The notes beneath the pieces are model-generated. The model searched no databases. It worked only from the letters and a program-made list of their open reading frames with translations, and was not told where the DNA came from. 64,000 nt of DNA from Terracidiphilus sp. (GTDB taxonomy: Bacteria > Acidobacteriota > Terriglobia > Terriglobales > Acidobacteriaceae). The stretch lies in assembly GCA_052145815.1 (NCBI GenBank), contig JBKQNU010000103.1, positions 44,836 through 108,835 on the forward strand. The letters run 5' to 3'. Position 1 is the stretch's first letter; every line of letters begins with the position of its first letter. Made by a program: the position numbers and the translations under genes. Positions 19,687 to 29,724 of this stretch are shown piece after piece.

Positions 19687-22272
19687 TTATCGGTTCGGTG
19701 GCGCAGTCGCTTTTGGAACGCTTCCGGGATCGACCTTTGCCGGCTGCGCCGTTGGCCTTGCAACTGAAGCAGCCGCAGGTTGGGTGGGCGCAGCGGAGAT
19801 CGATGGAGCCTTGTCGGCCATCGACTGGGAATCCGATTGGCTTAATGGCGTTGCCGGCAGGGTCAGCGTTTGCACCGTTGCCGGATCGTCGCGCAGCCTC
19901 AGATAGAGCGTCCCATTCACGGGATGCGGCACGCTCAGTTGTGTTCCGGTAAAGTCCGGCGGCACATCGGTGGCGTTGCTGAAGTCCGGCGTGGAACCGA
20001 TCGAGGACGCCAGAAACAGGTTCGTTCCCGTCAGCATACAGGTCTTGGCCAGGGCACGCGGGCAGCGAAGTTCCTTGAATCCAGGCAGCCGAACCAGCGT
20101 TCCCAGCGGCAACCGGTCCCCGGTAACGCCTTCAGCCGACATTGCGCGCACCTCAATCGGTCCAAAGGCCGAAGCGCCAAAGCGTGACAGCGGTTCTACC
20201 GAGCCCATGGCGGTCTTGGCGTCCTCCAGCATCAGGGTTCCGTCGGCCAGCGATAAAACGGTCTGGAAGCTGCCGTCGACAGCGCCGACTTCCACCTTCT
20301 CGTTGCGGGGAAAATCCGGCGGTACACGAGACTTGAGGAAAAACACCAGCCGCCCGTCGACAGGCAGATCGTCGGGGCTGCCAAGATGAACCGGCGAGGG
20401 GGTCGCGGCAGCCCCTTCCTGTACGCCCTTATTGAGTAACGTTACCTGCGGGCGCGGCGGACCCACGGTGACAGGAACCTTCAACTGGCGGCCGTCCTGC
20501 AAATGAACCCTCGCCTCGTAGGGCCTTCCGGGTTCCAATTCGGCCGTGGAACCTTCGGTGGCCATCTCCAGCTGGTCAAAGTCCTCCACTCGCTTCAGTT
20601 TGGCCGGCTTCAGTTCAATCCCCTCCAACTCGGCCGTCGCCACCTCATCCAACCGGTTGCCGCGCAGCGATGCGGTATGATCTCCGGCGCTGAGCGTAAT
20701 CTGGTCAAGCGAAGCAGCTTCGGCATAGGCCCTCAAGGTCAGCTTGTCCGCAGTCTTCAGTCCAAACTGGTAGATCTCCACGGTCACTGGCCCGGGCTTC
20801 GCGTCTTTCATGGGGACGGCAACTTCCAGCGACTCCGGCTTGGGGGACATGAAGATGAGTTTCACTAGGTTGCCGCGTTTTCCCTCTCCTTCCGCCTGTA
20901 GATGCACGCTGCTCACACAAACGGAGCTGTCATCGTCTAGGCGCAGGGTGTCCTCGCGCCCAACCACCAGGGCTGACTGCTCTCCGGGGGCCAGATCCCA
21001 CTTGCCGGGTTGCGCGGCGTACAGATGAAAATGTGGTCCTTCCCAGTCGTCAAAGCCCCACTTGCCGCGTAAGACTGCCGTCAGATCGCCCCCGGGAAGC
21101 GCAGGGACAGGATTCACCGGCGCCAAACCGCCCTCTGCCGGATTGGCTTTGACCGGCACTTCGACCGAAGGGGCCTTCGCGTTTGCCTCATTTACGATGT
21201 GCAGCGTCAGATCGTACGCCAACGCGGTTGAAAATACGACCGGCGCTCCGTCGGCCGGTAACGCCAGGTCAGGCTTCAGCGCGCAGTATTTCTCCTCGGG
21301 GCTTACCGCGCGCAGGATCGGAGGCTTGGCCGGCCCCACTGGCGGGAGGGCCACCACTACCACCGACTTGGGATCGCGGAAAGAAGGAGGCACGTTGAGC
21401 CGCAGGTTCAATGTGTCCTTGGTGGGCAGAGCCAGCGCCGGAATGTACTGGAAATGAGCCGTATGCAGCGACGCCAGAATCCTCACCGTGTCCAAGATGG
21501 CGCCCACGTAGGGGCTGAATTCCCCGCCTCCGGCCATATTCGAATAGCTCAACTGGTTCATCAGGTCGCCGGTAGCTCCGTTGGCCAGTTGCGTCGCCAG
21601 CGTTTGCGTGTTGGCATCGTCCAGCACCAGCCCGTCGGTGTGCTGTACCAGGCAGGGCGCCTGCTGGTCGGTGGGCTTGTCAAAGCATTGCTGATCTACC
21701 TTGATGCCCAGGGTCCGCGCCAGGTTCTCGGCGCGCTCCTTCAGCAGCTTGGGATCGGCCTGCGAGGTGACTTTTACCTCGGCCAGATACGTTTCCAGCC
21801 GCATGCGGTCGAAGCTGGCTGCCTGCAAATCCTGGGTGGCGCGGACAAATGCCCCTGGCCGCCCCCGAACGGCCGCCCGCAGCGTGCTGAAATCCCCGCC
21901 CGTCTCCGGCGCCAGAAAGAGCAGCGCCTGCTGTGCTTCCGCTGGAACGGTAACAAATACGCCCTCCTCCCGCGCCTGGCGACTCCAGGTCTCCACGCGC
22001 GTAAACCATTCCGGAGGCGGCGGATTGGTAACTCCGCGCAGGAAGGCGACAATCAGAACATAATGGGCCGATTGGCTCTCCGGCAGGTCCGGATGCACCC
22101 ACAACCGGTCACCGGGTTGCAGGTTAGGCACCTCGCTGATGGGTAAAGTAACTTGCCCGCGCTTCACGTGCACGTCCACCTTGGGACCTGCAAGATCGAA
22201 TGCCGGGGCGTCTGCGGAGAATGCGGAAGATGCAAAGAAAAAGAACAACAAGAGCGGCAGGCAACGACGCAT
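19687..22272 (-). CDS. Large exported hypothetical protein
   Basis: Signal peptide MRRCLPLLLFFFFASSAFS; beta-rich C-terminal half; Pro/Ala-rich tail. Confidence 0.8.
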   Translation of the reverse strand: MRRCLPLLLFFFFASSAFSADAPAFDLAGPKVDVHVKRGQVTLPISEVPNLQPGDRLWVHPDLPESQSAHYVLIVAFLRGVTNPPPPEWFTRVETWSRQAREEGVFVTVPAEAQQALLFLAPETGGDFSTLRAAVRGRPGAFVRATQDLQAASFDRMRLETYLAEVKVTSQADPKLLKERAENLARTLGIKVDQQCFDKPTDQQAPCLVQHTDGLVLDDANTQTLATQLANGATGDLMNQLSYSNMAGGGEFSPYVGAILDTVRILASLHTAHFQYIPALALPTKDTLNLRLNVPPSFRDPKSVVVVALPPVGPAKPPILRAVSPEEKYCALKPDLALPADGAPVVFSTALAYDLTLHIVNEANAKAPSVEVPVKANPAEGGLAPVNPVPALPGGDLTAVLRGKWGFDDWEGPHFHLYAAQPGKWDLAPGEQSALVVGREDTLRLDDDSSVCVSSVHLQAEGEGKRGNLVKLIFMSPKPESLEVAVPMKDAKPGPVTVEIYQFGLKTADKLTLRAYAEAASLDQITLSAGDHTASLRGNRLDEVATAELEGIELKPAKLKRVEDFDQLEMATEGSTAELEPGRPYEARVHLQDGRQLKVPVTVGPPRPQVTLLNKGVQEGAAATPSPVHLGSPDDLPVDGRLVFFLKSRVPPDFPRNEKVEVGAVDGSFQTVLSLADGTLMLEDAKTAMGSVEPLSRFGASAFGPIEVRAMSAEGVTGDRLPLGTLVRLPGFKELRCPRALAKTCMLTGTNLFLASSIGSTPDFSNATDVPPDFTGTQLSVPHPVNGTLYLRLRDDPATVQTLTLPATPLSQSDSQSMADKAPSISAAPTQPAAASVARPTAQPAKVDPGSVPKATAPPNR

Positions 22273-22759
22273 AACTTCTATTGTACGAATTCCTGAGTCT
22301 TAAAACAGCAACCGGGCCGCGCAACTTTTCTCCGCGATCGGGGTTGCCGTGAATGACCGGCCGCAAACTTCTTTGCTTTCAGCACGCACGAAGCTTCATT
22401 ATCGAGTACACTGTCGCTTGTATAGCTTTGAGCCGGGGTTTAGTTTAGAGTGTTTCTCGAATCCCTGTAGGGAAAAAATGACCCGCGAAGCATGGCTCTT
22501 ATTTGTTAAACGAGCCGCCGGATTGCCTTACAGAACATGCTGAGAATCACAACAAGTTCTATCCACTTTATTATCGTTGGATAACCTTGGCCGCCAATTG
22601 ATAGTGCCTGTCCCCGCATGGAGCCATCCGGGGATGGGAATGATTTAGAACTCAGCCTGCACCCTTTCCCCGCGGGTCTGCGATTGTTCCAAACGGCCGC
22701 CGGCTTGCCGGATATTGCAGTGCGCAGGACCACGGAAGGTGCGGCATACGGAGAAGAAT

Positions 22760-23464
22760 ATGAAATCGATAAGAGCTGCGCAGAGCGGCGTAGATGTTAG
22801 TAACCTCAGCATCCCGGACGCTGAAGAAATCATTGAAGAAGCATTGAACGAGCTGGCGTTTTCGCCCGACCCGGGTCTGGCCAGGGTGCTGCATTTTCTA
22901 GCTCCACCGGGTTACCAGGCCATTGTCGAGTTATGCAGTGAAAACGGACGCAGCAAGCGCCGCAACGCCGCCGCCGATACCTGGTCACCGGAAGAGGATG
23001 AGGTGCGCATCTACTTTGAGCGCATCGACGATGCCGAAGGCGCCCCACGTCCTGCGCGTGCGCCGCGGGCGGCTATCGAACACACCTACGATGACGAGGA
23101 CGACGACAGCCAGGAGGCTCAAATCCCCGCCGATCTCGAAGCCCGCGTGAAAGAACTGTGCGCGGCTCTGGCCGAAGCCGAACGCGGCGGCCACGCCTTT
23201 ATTGCGCTCAAGTGGTTCCGCGACTCGTTCCTGCCCCGCAAGGCCTTTCGCTGGAATCAGAACCCCGAGTCGCGCCAGGCGGTACTGGCCGAAGCCATCC
23301 AGCGCGGCGTGGTGCTGACCAGCAAGATCGCCAACCCCAAAACCCCCGCATATCCCACCACCACCATCCGCCTCAATCGCACCGAAGCCGGCATCCCCGA
23401 GGAGGCGCAGCGCTTCCATCCTGTCGCCGTTCATGGCGACTCCATTGCCGAGGCCATTGAATAG
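22760..23464 (+). CDS. Hypothetical two-domain protein with a VapB-like C-terminal tail
   Basis: GGAG upstream; acidic linker; ends RFHPVAVHGDSIAEAIE-TAG; the frame continues ERGNL-TGA overlapping the vapC GTG. Confidence 0.75.
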   Translation: MKSIRAAQSGVDVSNLSIPDAEEIIEEALNELAFSPDPGLARVLHFLAPPGYQAIVELCSENGRSKRRNAAADTWSPEEDEVRIYFERIDDAEGAPRPARAPRAAIEHTYDDEDDDSQEAQIPADLEARVKELCAALAEAERGGHAFIALKWFRDSFLPRKAFRWNQNPESRQAVLAEAIQRGVVLTSKIANPKTPAYPTTTIRLNRTEAGIPEEAQRFHPVAVHGDSIAEAIE

Positions 23465-23478
23465 GAACGGGGGAACCT

Positions 23479-23955
23479 GTGAGCTGCTACTTCCTGGAGT
23501 CCACGGCATTTGCCAAGCTCTTCGTCCAGGAACAAGGAACGGACGCCCTGATCCGCCTGATGGAGGCCGTCGAGGACAACCGCAAGCTCATCTCCGCCTC
23601 CACTCCGCTGGAGGTCTACGCCGCCATCCGCCGCCGCGAGCGGGATGGCGGCATCTCGGCCGAAGACGCTTCCGCCGCGCTCGATATTCTCCGCCTTGAA
23701 GCCGCCCGCATGGTGCAGGAACCGCTCAACCCCGCCGTGCTCGAAGCCGCCCGCCAACTCCTCGACCGCACCACCCTGCGCTGGCCGGACACCTTGCAAC
23801 TTGCCGCCGCCCTGGTGGCCCGCGACATGTTCCAGAACACCGAAATCATTTTTGTGTCCGCATCGCCGCAGCTGCTCGAGGCCGCCAAAGCCGAAGGCTT
23901 TCACGCGCTCGACCCCGCCAGGGAAGCAGCCGAATCGACTAAAGCCGCAGATTGA
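23479..23955 (+). CDS. vapC: PIN-domain (VapC-like) protein with a partly degenerate active site
   Basis: YFLESTAFAKLF, LEV, LRWPDTLQLAAA, FVSASPQLLEAAKAEG. Confidence 0.8.
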   Translation: MSCYFLESTAFAKLFVQEQGTDALIRLMEAVEDNRKLISASTPLEVYAAIRRRERDGGISAEDASAALDILRLEAARMVQEPLNPAVLEAARQLLDRTTLRWPDTLQLAAALVARDMFQNTEIIFVSASPQLLEAAKAEGFHALDPAREAAESTKAAD

Positions 23956-24010
23956 GCGGGCCATCCTCAATCCACAATCAGTTCACGGATGTGCCGTGCC
24001 CAGAATCTCC

Positions 24011-24110
24011 GTGCCCCATCCATTCGCGTCTTTTGCGAATGGGTGGGAGACCACAAACTCCGCCCCGTGCTCCGTGCCCCATCCATTCGCGTCGTTCGCG
24101 AATGGGTGGG
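24011..24110. repeat. Two tandem copies of REP-like palindrome family A (GTGCCCCATCC...GGGTGGG)
   Basis: Copies start at 24011 and 24074; each has the hairpin CCATTCGC...GCGAATGG. Confidence 0.85.
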
Positions 24111-24177
24111 TGATCTGCGCAGCATCGCAGAGACCACAAACCTCGACCGGCCCCGCATGAACCGGGTTCTAAAACAA

Positions 24178-24208
24178 AAGAGGGCTGCGGTTCGACAGCA
24201 GCCCTCTT
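24178..24208. terminator. Intrinsic terminator hairpin between convergent vapC and tyrA
   Basis: AAGAGGGCTGC-N9-GCAGCCCTCTT with A/T-rich flanks. Confidence 0.75.
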
Positions 24209-24238
24209 CTTGTACGCGAGTTCATAACTCGTGGTCCA

Positions 24239-25099
24239 TCATTCCCGCCGGAACCGGTTCGCCCGCTCAAATTCCTCCCGCAGCCCAGGCGTGCGCAGGT
24301 TTTCGCGCAAATGCGCCAGCCGCTGCTCCAGCGCATGCAGCGACCTCTCGACGGCTTCGGTGTTGGTGTAGGCAATGTCGCGCCACATGGAGTAGGGGCT
24401 CGCGCCCAGCCGCGTCATCTCCCTGAGAGCGCGCCCGCCCACGTCTTTCAGCTCCGGTGCGTCGCCCACTTCTTCCTCAAGAAGCGCACTCAGCGCCGTA
24501 GCCACGAATTGCGGCAGATGGCTCACCCAACCCACCAGCTCATCGTGGCGCGCGGCATCAAGGTCAATGGTTTTCGAGCCCATGGCGACAACCCATTTGC
24601 GCCAGTCCTCGGCGAGGGCCGCCGAAGCGGGCGAGCGCTGCCAGGCGGGGTCGTCGGTAAACAGCCACACTGCGCCGCGAAACAGATTTGCGTCGCCCAG
24701 CGCAGCGCCGCCGCGTTCCTTCCCGGCCATGGGATGCCCAGGCAAAAATGCTGCTCGCTCCGGCCTGTTGTATAAGCGGTCTGCCGCAGCTGTAATCTGC
24801 ACCTTGGTGCTGCCGACATCGGTAATCAGATGTTTCGTGCCGAGAACGGGCGCGAGTTGCTCCATCCAATCCAGCGTGGCATAGATTGGCACCGCCAGCA
24901 GCACCACCTGGGAGTCGCGAGCGGCCTGAAGGGCATCTGTGGCGATTGAGTCGATCGCGCCCATGGCGAGGGCCTTCTGCGCGCCTTCCGCGCCGCGGTT
25001 CCAGCCGGTGATGGTGCCGGGGAATCCCGCCGCACGCAGCGCCAGCCCCGCCGATGTGCCCAGCAGTCCCGTGCCCAGGATGGCGATGCGCTCGATCAT
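24239..25099 (-). CDS. tyrA: Prephenate dehydrogenase
   Basis: GTGLLG, TDVGSTK, GHPMAGKE, HD...SHLPQ, TRLGAS. Confidence 0.93.
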   Translation of the reverse strand: MIERIAILGTGLLGTSAGLALRAAGFPGTITGWNRGAEGAQKALAMGAIDSIATDALQAARDSQVVLLAVPIYATLDWMEQLAPVLGTKHLITDVGSTKVQITAAADRLYNRPERAAFLPGHPMAGKERGGAALGDANLFRGAVWLFTDDPAWQRSPASAALAEDWRKWVVAMGSKTIDLDAARHDELVGWVSHLPQFVATALSALLEEEVGDAPELKDVGGRALREMTRLGASPYSMWRDIAYTNTEAVERSLHALEQRLAHLRENLRTPGLREEFERANRFRRE

Positions 25100-25123
25100 G
25101 CGGACTTTCCTGGCTCCCTCAAG

Positions 25124-26140
25124 TTACAAAGTTCTCCCCACCGCCGTCGCAATCACCCTCAACTCACCCACCAGCTTCTCAAACTGATCGTGAAACAGAG
25201 TCTGCGCCGCATCCGATGCTGCCTTGTCTGCATTGGGATGAATCTCAATTAGGAGAGCGTCCGCCCCCGCTGCCACCGCCGCCTTGGCCATTGCAGGAAC
25301 CATGTCCCGCCGGCCGGTGCCATGCGAGGGATCGCCGGTGATGGGCAGATGCGAGAGCTTGTGAATTACCGGAATCGCCGATATATCCATGGTGTTTCGC
25401 GTCGACGTCTCATACGTTCGAATTCCGCGTTCGCAAAGAATTACGTCGTAGTTGCCGCCGGAGAGAATGTATTCGCTCGAAAGAAGCAGTTCTTCCACCG
25501 TGGCTGCGATGCCACGCTTGAGCAGGATCGGCTTGCGCACCTGGCCCAGTTCGCGCAGCAGGTTGAAGTTCTGCATGTTGCGCGCTCCCACCTGGAAGCA
25601 GTCCACGTAAGGCAGCATGGCGTCGATCTGCGCAATCTCCATAACCTCGCTCACGGTCAGCAGTCCGTGCGCCTGAGCAGCCTCGTGCATCAGTTGCAGC
25701 CCCGAAATGCCCAGCCCCTGAAACGCATACGGCGAGCTGCGCGGCTTGAACGCTCCGCCGCGCAGAAATCCTCCGCCCGCGGCTTTGACGCACGCCGCAA
25801 TGGCGAAGATCTGTTCGCGGCTTTCGATCGCGCACGGGCCGGCGATGATGGCCACCTGCTCGCCGCCGATCTTAGCGCCATTGGGAAACTCAACTACGGT
25901 GCCTTCGGGCCGGAACGCGCGCCCGGCTAGCTTATACGGCGAACTGATTCGGTGTACGTGCAGCACGCCCGCAAGTACTTCAAACTTGCTCAAATCTAAC
26001 TTGGCGGTCGATCCCACCGCCGCCAGAATCGTCTGCGTTGCTCCTGTTGTGCGATGAACATCGACACCTGCTTCCTCCATCGCTTCGATGACCGCATCGA
26101 TCTGTTCTTCGGTCGCCTTTTCCTGCATGGCTACGATCAT
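25124..26140 (-). CDS. aroF: DAHP synthase type I-beta with N-terminal regulatory domain
   Basis: IAGPCAIES, RGGAFKPRSSPY, GARNMQN, DPSH. Confidence 0.95.
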   Translation of the reverse strand: MIVAMQEKATEEQIDAVIEAMEEAGVDVHRTTGATQTILAAVGSTAKLDLSKFEVLAGVLHVHRISSPYKLAGRAFRPEGTVVEFPNGAKIGGEQVAIIAGPCAIESREQIFAIAACVKAAGGGFLRGGAFKPRSSPYAFQGLGISGLQLMHEAAQAHGLLTVSEVMEIAQIDAMLPYVDCFQVGARNMQNFNLLRELGQVRKPILLKRGIAATVEELLLSSEYILSGGNYDVILCERGIRTYETSTRNTMDISAIPVIHKLSHLPITGDPSHGTGRRDMVPAMAKAAVAAGADALLIEIHPNADKAASDAAQTLFHDQFEKLVGELRVIATAVGRTL

Positions 26141-26523
26141 TGCTTGTTCCCTGTCTCGGGCGTCTGTACGCCTGCGTCGTGGCCCGGCGCATGATCACCC
26201 CCGCGACCAAGACCCGTCGCCGGGGACCCCGATGTGTGCGCCTGGGCGTTCCTCTCCGATGCCAACTCGTCCCTTTGCAGGGCCCGCATCACGTCGATAA
26301 TGCGCTCGTAGATATGCGTCAGCTCGATGTCCGGCAGCGGGCCCTTGTTGGCTGCGCGCACGTTGGCGTAGATCACCTTTTCGCGTGCCGGCTCATACAC
26401 CGGCAACTGCGTGGCGGCTTTCAGATGTCCGATCATCTGCGCGGCGCGCGCCCGCTCGCTGAGCAGTTCCACCAGTTGCCGGTCAAGAGCATCGATTTGA
26501 TTTCGCAATTCTTCCAGCGTCAT
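26137..26523 (-). CDS. Chorismate mutase (AroQ type)
   Basis: LEELRNQIDALDRQLVELLSERA, YEPARE. Confidence 0.9.
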   Translation of the reverse strand: MTLEELRNQIDALDRQLVELLSERARAAQMIGHLKAATQLPVYEPAREKVIYANVRAANKGPLPDIELTHIYERIIDVMRALQRDELASERNAQAHTSGSPATGLGRGGDHAPGHDAGVQTPETGNKQ

Positions 26524-26665
26524 TGCAATCCTCGTGCTGCGCTCCTCAACTGTGGCTCATCCCTTAGGCCTCGATTTCACAGACCTTCGCCGGTTGTTGA
26601 GGAGCAGGAATTGGTTCTATTCATGCGGTTCTCTTTACTGATCGAACCGCCTCCGGGGGCATCTC

Positions 26666-27448
26666 TTACCGGGCCAGCGCTGCTTGCGGCAGATGCAGGC
26701 CCTTAATAAATCGGGCCACCGCCTCCGGCGCTGTCTCTGGAGTGGAGCGTTCAATCAGCTCCACAATCGCGCTGCCGATCACCGCCGCATCCGCGAACTC
26801 CGCCACCTGGGCAACGTGTTCGCTCGTCGAGATGCCGAAACCCACGGCGATCGGCAGCTGGCTCCATCGGCGAATGCGCGCCACAAGCGATGCGGCATCG
26901 GTTGTCATACTCTGTTGCCTGCCTGTAATGCCCAGGCGGGAGATGGCGTAGATAAAGCCTCGTGAGTTCGCCGCGATCTCCTCAAGCCGCTCGTCGGGGC
27001 TGGTAGGCGCGGCCAGGAAAATCGGCGCAAGCTTCACGCGCTCCATTTCAACAAGGTACTCAGCAGCTTCCTCCACGATGAGATCGGTCACCAGTACGCC
27101 ATCCGCGCCGGCCGCAGCTGCTTCGTCTGCAAATCTGTGCAGGCCGTAGCGCAGAATGGGATTCAGATAAGTGAAGATCACAAGTCCCGCAGCGGGTCTT
27201 GCAGCGCGAATCGCTGCAGCCAAGGCGAGCACATCCTTGAGCCGCGTTCCCCGCGCCACTGCGCGCTCGCTGGCGCGCTGAATCACCGGCCCGTCCGCCA
27301 GCGGATCGCTGAACGGCACACCCAGCTCAATCACGTCCGCACCGGCGTCGAAGGCTTCAAGCGCAATCGCCTTCGTCGCCTCGATGCTTGGGTCCCCAGC
27401 CGTCAGGTAGACGACCAGTCCGGGTTTGTGATGGAAAGCAATCGCCAT
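26666..27448 (-). CDS. trpA: Tryptophan synthase alpha subunit
   Basis: YLTAGDP, ELGVPFSDPLADGPVIQ, VGFGIS. Confidence 0.97.
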   Translation of the reverse strand: MAIAFHHKPGLVVYLTAGDPSIEATKAIALEAFDAGADVIELGVPFSDPLADGPVIQRASERAVARGTRLKDVLALAAAIRAARPAAGLVIFTYLNPILRYGLHRFADEAAAAGADGVLVTDLIVEEAAEYLVEMERVKLAPIFLAAPTSPDERLEEIAANSRGFIYAISRLGITGRQQSMTTDAASLVARIRRWSQLPIAVGFGISTSEHVAQVAEFADAAVIGSAIVELIERSTPETAPEAVARFIKGLHLPQAALAR

Positions 27449-27461
27449 GAAATCAATCCCC

Positions 27462-27501
27462 GTGCCCCATACCTTCGCTTCATTTCTAGCGAGAGGGTGG
27501 A
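27462..27501. repeat. Degenerate family A palindrome between trpB and trpA
   Basis: GTGCCCCATACCTTCGCT...AGCGAGAGGGTGGA. Confidence 0.65.
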
Positions 27502-27554
27502 AATCAACCGACTCTGTGCGAGCGAATAGCGAGCGGCTGCCCCACCGCAGGTGG

Positions 27555-28763
27555 TTAGAGCTTCAACTCGCGCGCCAGTATGCCCATATCCTTGTCGCCG
27601 CGTCCAGAGAGGTTGATTACCAGTATGTCATGCGTAGCCATCGTGGGAGCGAGCTTGAGAGCCTCAGCCACCGCGTGTGCGCTTTCAAGCGCCGGCAGAA
27701 TCCCTTCCGTCCGCGCCAGCCTAACCACCGCGTCGAGCGCCGACGCATCGTCCTGTGAAACATACTCCGCGCGGCCTGAGTCGTGCAGCGCCGCGTGCTC
27801 GGGGCCGATCGAAGCGTAGTCCAACCCTGCCGAAACGGAATGCGTCAGCGCAATCTGCCCATCCTCATCCTGCAGCACGTACGAAAATGTCCCCTGCAGC
27901 ACACCCGGCGATCCTCCCCGGAACCGCACCGCGTGCTCTCCCAGTTCCGTCCCGCGCCCGCCCGCCTCCACGCCGATCAGCCGGACTTGTCGGTCCGGAA
28001 TGAATTCGTAGAAGGCCCCAATGGCATTTGATCCGCCGCCCACGCAGGCGATCACAGCCGTCGGCAGCCGTCCTTCCTTTTCGAGAATCTGCTCTTTCAT
28101 CTCGCGGCTGATGCAGCGATGGAAGTCCCGCACCATGGTCGGATAAGGATGCGCTCCCAGCGCGCTGCCGAGCAGGTAATATGTGGTGCGGACGTTGGTG
28201 ACCCAGTCGCGCATGGCCTCGCTGATAGCGTCTTTCAGCGTCTTCGACCCCGCCGAAACACCGCGTACCTCAGCGCCCAGCAGCCGCATGCGCAGCACGT
28301 TCAGTTCTTGCCGAGCCATGTCCACATCGCCCATGTAGATCACGCACTCCATGCCAAGCAGCGCGCACACCGTTGCCGTAGCCACCCCGTGCTGCCCCGC
28401 GCCTGTCTCGGCGATAATGCGCTTCTTGCCCATTCGCTTGGCCAGCAGCCCCTGGCCGAGAGCATTGTTGATCTTGTGCGCGCCAGTGTGCAGCAGGTCT
28501 TCGCGCTTGAGATAGATCTTCGCCCCGCCCAGTTGTTCCGTGAGCCGCTTGGCGAAATAAAGCGGCGTCGGCCGCCCCGCGTAGTCCTTCAGCAGCCCGG
28601 CCAGCTCGGCCTGAAACGCCGCGTCGTTCTTGGCCACATCGTATTCATGCTCCAGCTCCACCAGCGCCGCCATCAGCGTCTCCGGCACATACCGCCCGCC
28701 ATAAATGCCAAAGCGACCGGGCCGCGACTCAGACGGATTTGCTGGAAGAATCACCGACGCCAT
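27555..28763 (-). CDS. trpB: Tryptophan synthase beta subunit
   Basis: [39 protein letters not shown]. Confidence 0.98.
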   Translation of the reverse strand: MASVILPANPSESRPGRFGIYGGRYVPETLMAALVELEHEYDVAKNDAAFQAELAGLLKDYAGRPTPLYFAKRLTEQLGGAKIYLKREDLLHTGAHKINNALGQGLLAKRMGKKRIIAETGAGQHGVATATVCALLGMECVIYMGDVDMARQELNVLRMRLLGAEVRGVSAGSKTLKDAISEAMRDWVTNVRTTYYLLGSALGAHPYPTMVRDFHRCISREMKEQILEKEGRLPTAVIACVGGGSNAIGAFYEFIPDRQVRLIGVEAGGRGTELGEHAVRFRGGSPGVLQGTFSYVLQDEDGQIALTHSVSAGLDYASIGPEHAALHDSGRAEYVSQDDASALDAVVRLARTEGILPALESAHAVAEALKLAPTMATHDILVINLSGRGDKDMGILARELKL

Positions 28764-28818
28764 AGGGGCCTCCTGCGGATAAGACGATAATCGGGATACT
28801 GTTCAGTGTACTAGGAAG

Positions 28819-28843
28819 AACAAGCGCAGATGTTGCGCTTGTT
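28819..28843 (-). terminator. Hairpin closing the TA/nuclease insert
   Basis: AACAAGCGCA-GATGT-TGCGCTTGTT, perfect 10-bp stem. Confidence 0.6.
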
Positions 28844-28854
28844 TGCTGTTGAAT

Positions 28855-29418
28855 TCATTGTTTGGGCTTGCGCCGCAGAAGAAGCTTAGCCACAATGGCA
28901 GTAATCTGGTCCTCGTATCCATAGTCAGGCTCAGCCATTTTTTCTAAGCGATCTCTCAACCAGTGCTCATCCCAAAGGTCCCACTTTTTTTCCTTGAAAT
29001 GTCTATGCAGCCAGATCCGGTCGCTTTCAGACACAATTCTCCCACAAGCTAGACAGAGCTTAATCCGAGCGTCTGATGGACACGCCCCAGACTTCACGAA
29101 CTGAATTCTCAAACGATTGGAGATGACATCATAAAGCGTTGAATCGGAAAATAGTTTATAACGCTTAGCTTCTTTAGGATCGCTCCCGTCAACTCCACGC
29201 AAACGGACACCAGGGGGTTCTAGATAGCTCTTACACTCAACAATATGCAGAATATTGTCGCTTCCACTGTACGCGACGACGTCTAGCTCCCATCTTGGCG
29301 AAGAGTGCCTACCGATTTTTCGCTTCTCTTCTTTGGTGATCTACACTTTTACAGAGTTGCGAACCCAGTACCCCTCCATTCTGAGAATATCGCTCACGAC
29401 TTGTTCAAAAGCATTCAC
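28855..29418 (-). pseudogene. PD-(D/E)XK nuclease-like gene interrupted by an in-frame TAG (codon 26, 29341-29343)
   Basis: Manual translation MNAFEQVVSDILRMEGYWVRNSVKV*ITKEEKRKIGRHSSPRWELDVVAYSGSDNILHIVECKSY..., continuing into ORF 28855..29202; AT-rich. Confidence 0.75.
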
Positions 29419-29716
29419 TGTTTGGCTCCCCCGGCATCTCTTCCGGCCAAAGTTGCGCGCCGTGCAACACCCGCAAAATCCGCACCGCATCGCCCAGAAT
29501 GCGATAGGCCGCAATGTAGGGAGTGCGGGCGATTACCAGTTCCCGCGTTCCTTCAATCCGGCCAGGACGGCCCATCTCGGGAAACTGCGCCAATCCCTCT
29601 ATCCGCGTCTGGATGCGATCGTCAATGGCAATTGCCGCTCGCGGGTTGTCCGCCTCGATGTAATCGAAGATGGCTTTGCGATCTTCTTTCGCGAAGACCG
29701 ACCATTCCAGCCGCAT
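29405..29716 (-). CDS. RelE/ParE family toxin
   Basis: MRLEWS, IFDYIEADNPRAA, FPEMGRPGRIEGTRELVI, ILRVLHGAQ. Confidence 0.92.
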   Translation of the reverse strand: MRLEWSVFAKEDRKAIFDYIEADNPRAAIAIDDRIQTRIEGLAQFPEMGRPGRIEGTRELVIARTPYIAAYRILGDAVRILRVLHGAQLWPEEMPGEPNSECF

Positions 29717-29724
29717 GAGGAGCC

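Noticed and set aside
23990-24140. Possible CRISPR array
   Set aside because: Only two copies of a dispersed palindrome, no spacer series and no cas genes
23462-29343. Amber (TAG) recoding suggested by two in-frame TAGs
   Set aside because: guaD, iscA, iscX and the enoyl-CoA hydratase end at TAG at their expected C-termini, so TAG is a true stop; nonsense mutations or errors are simpler
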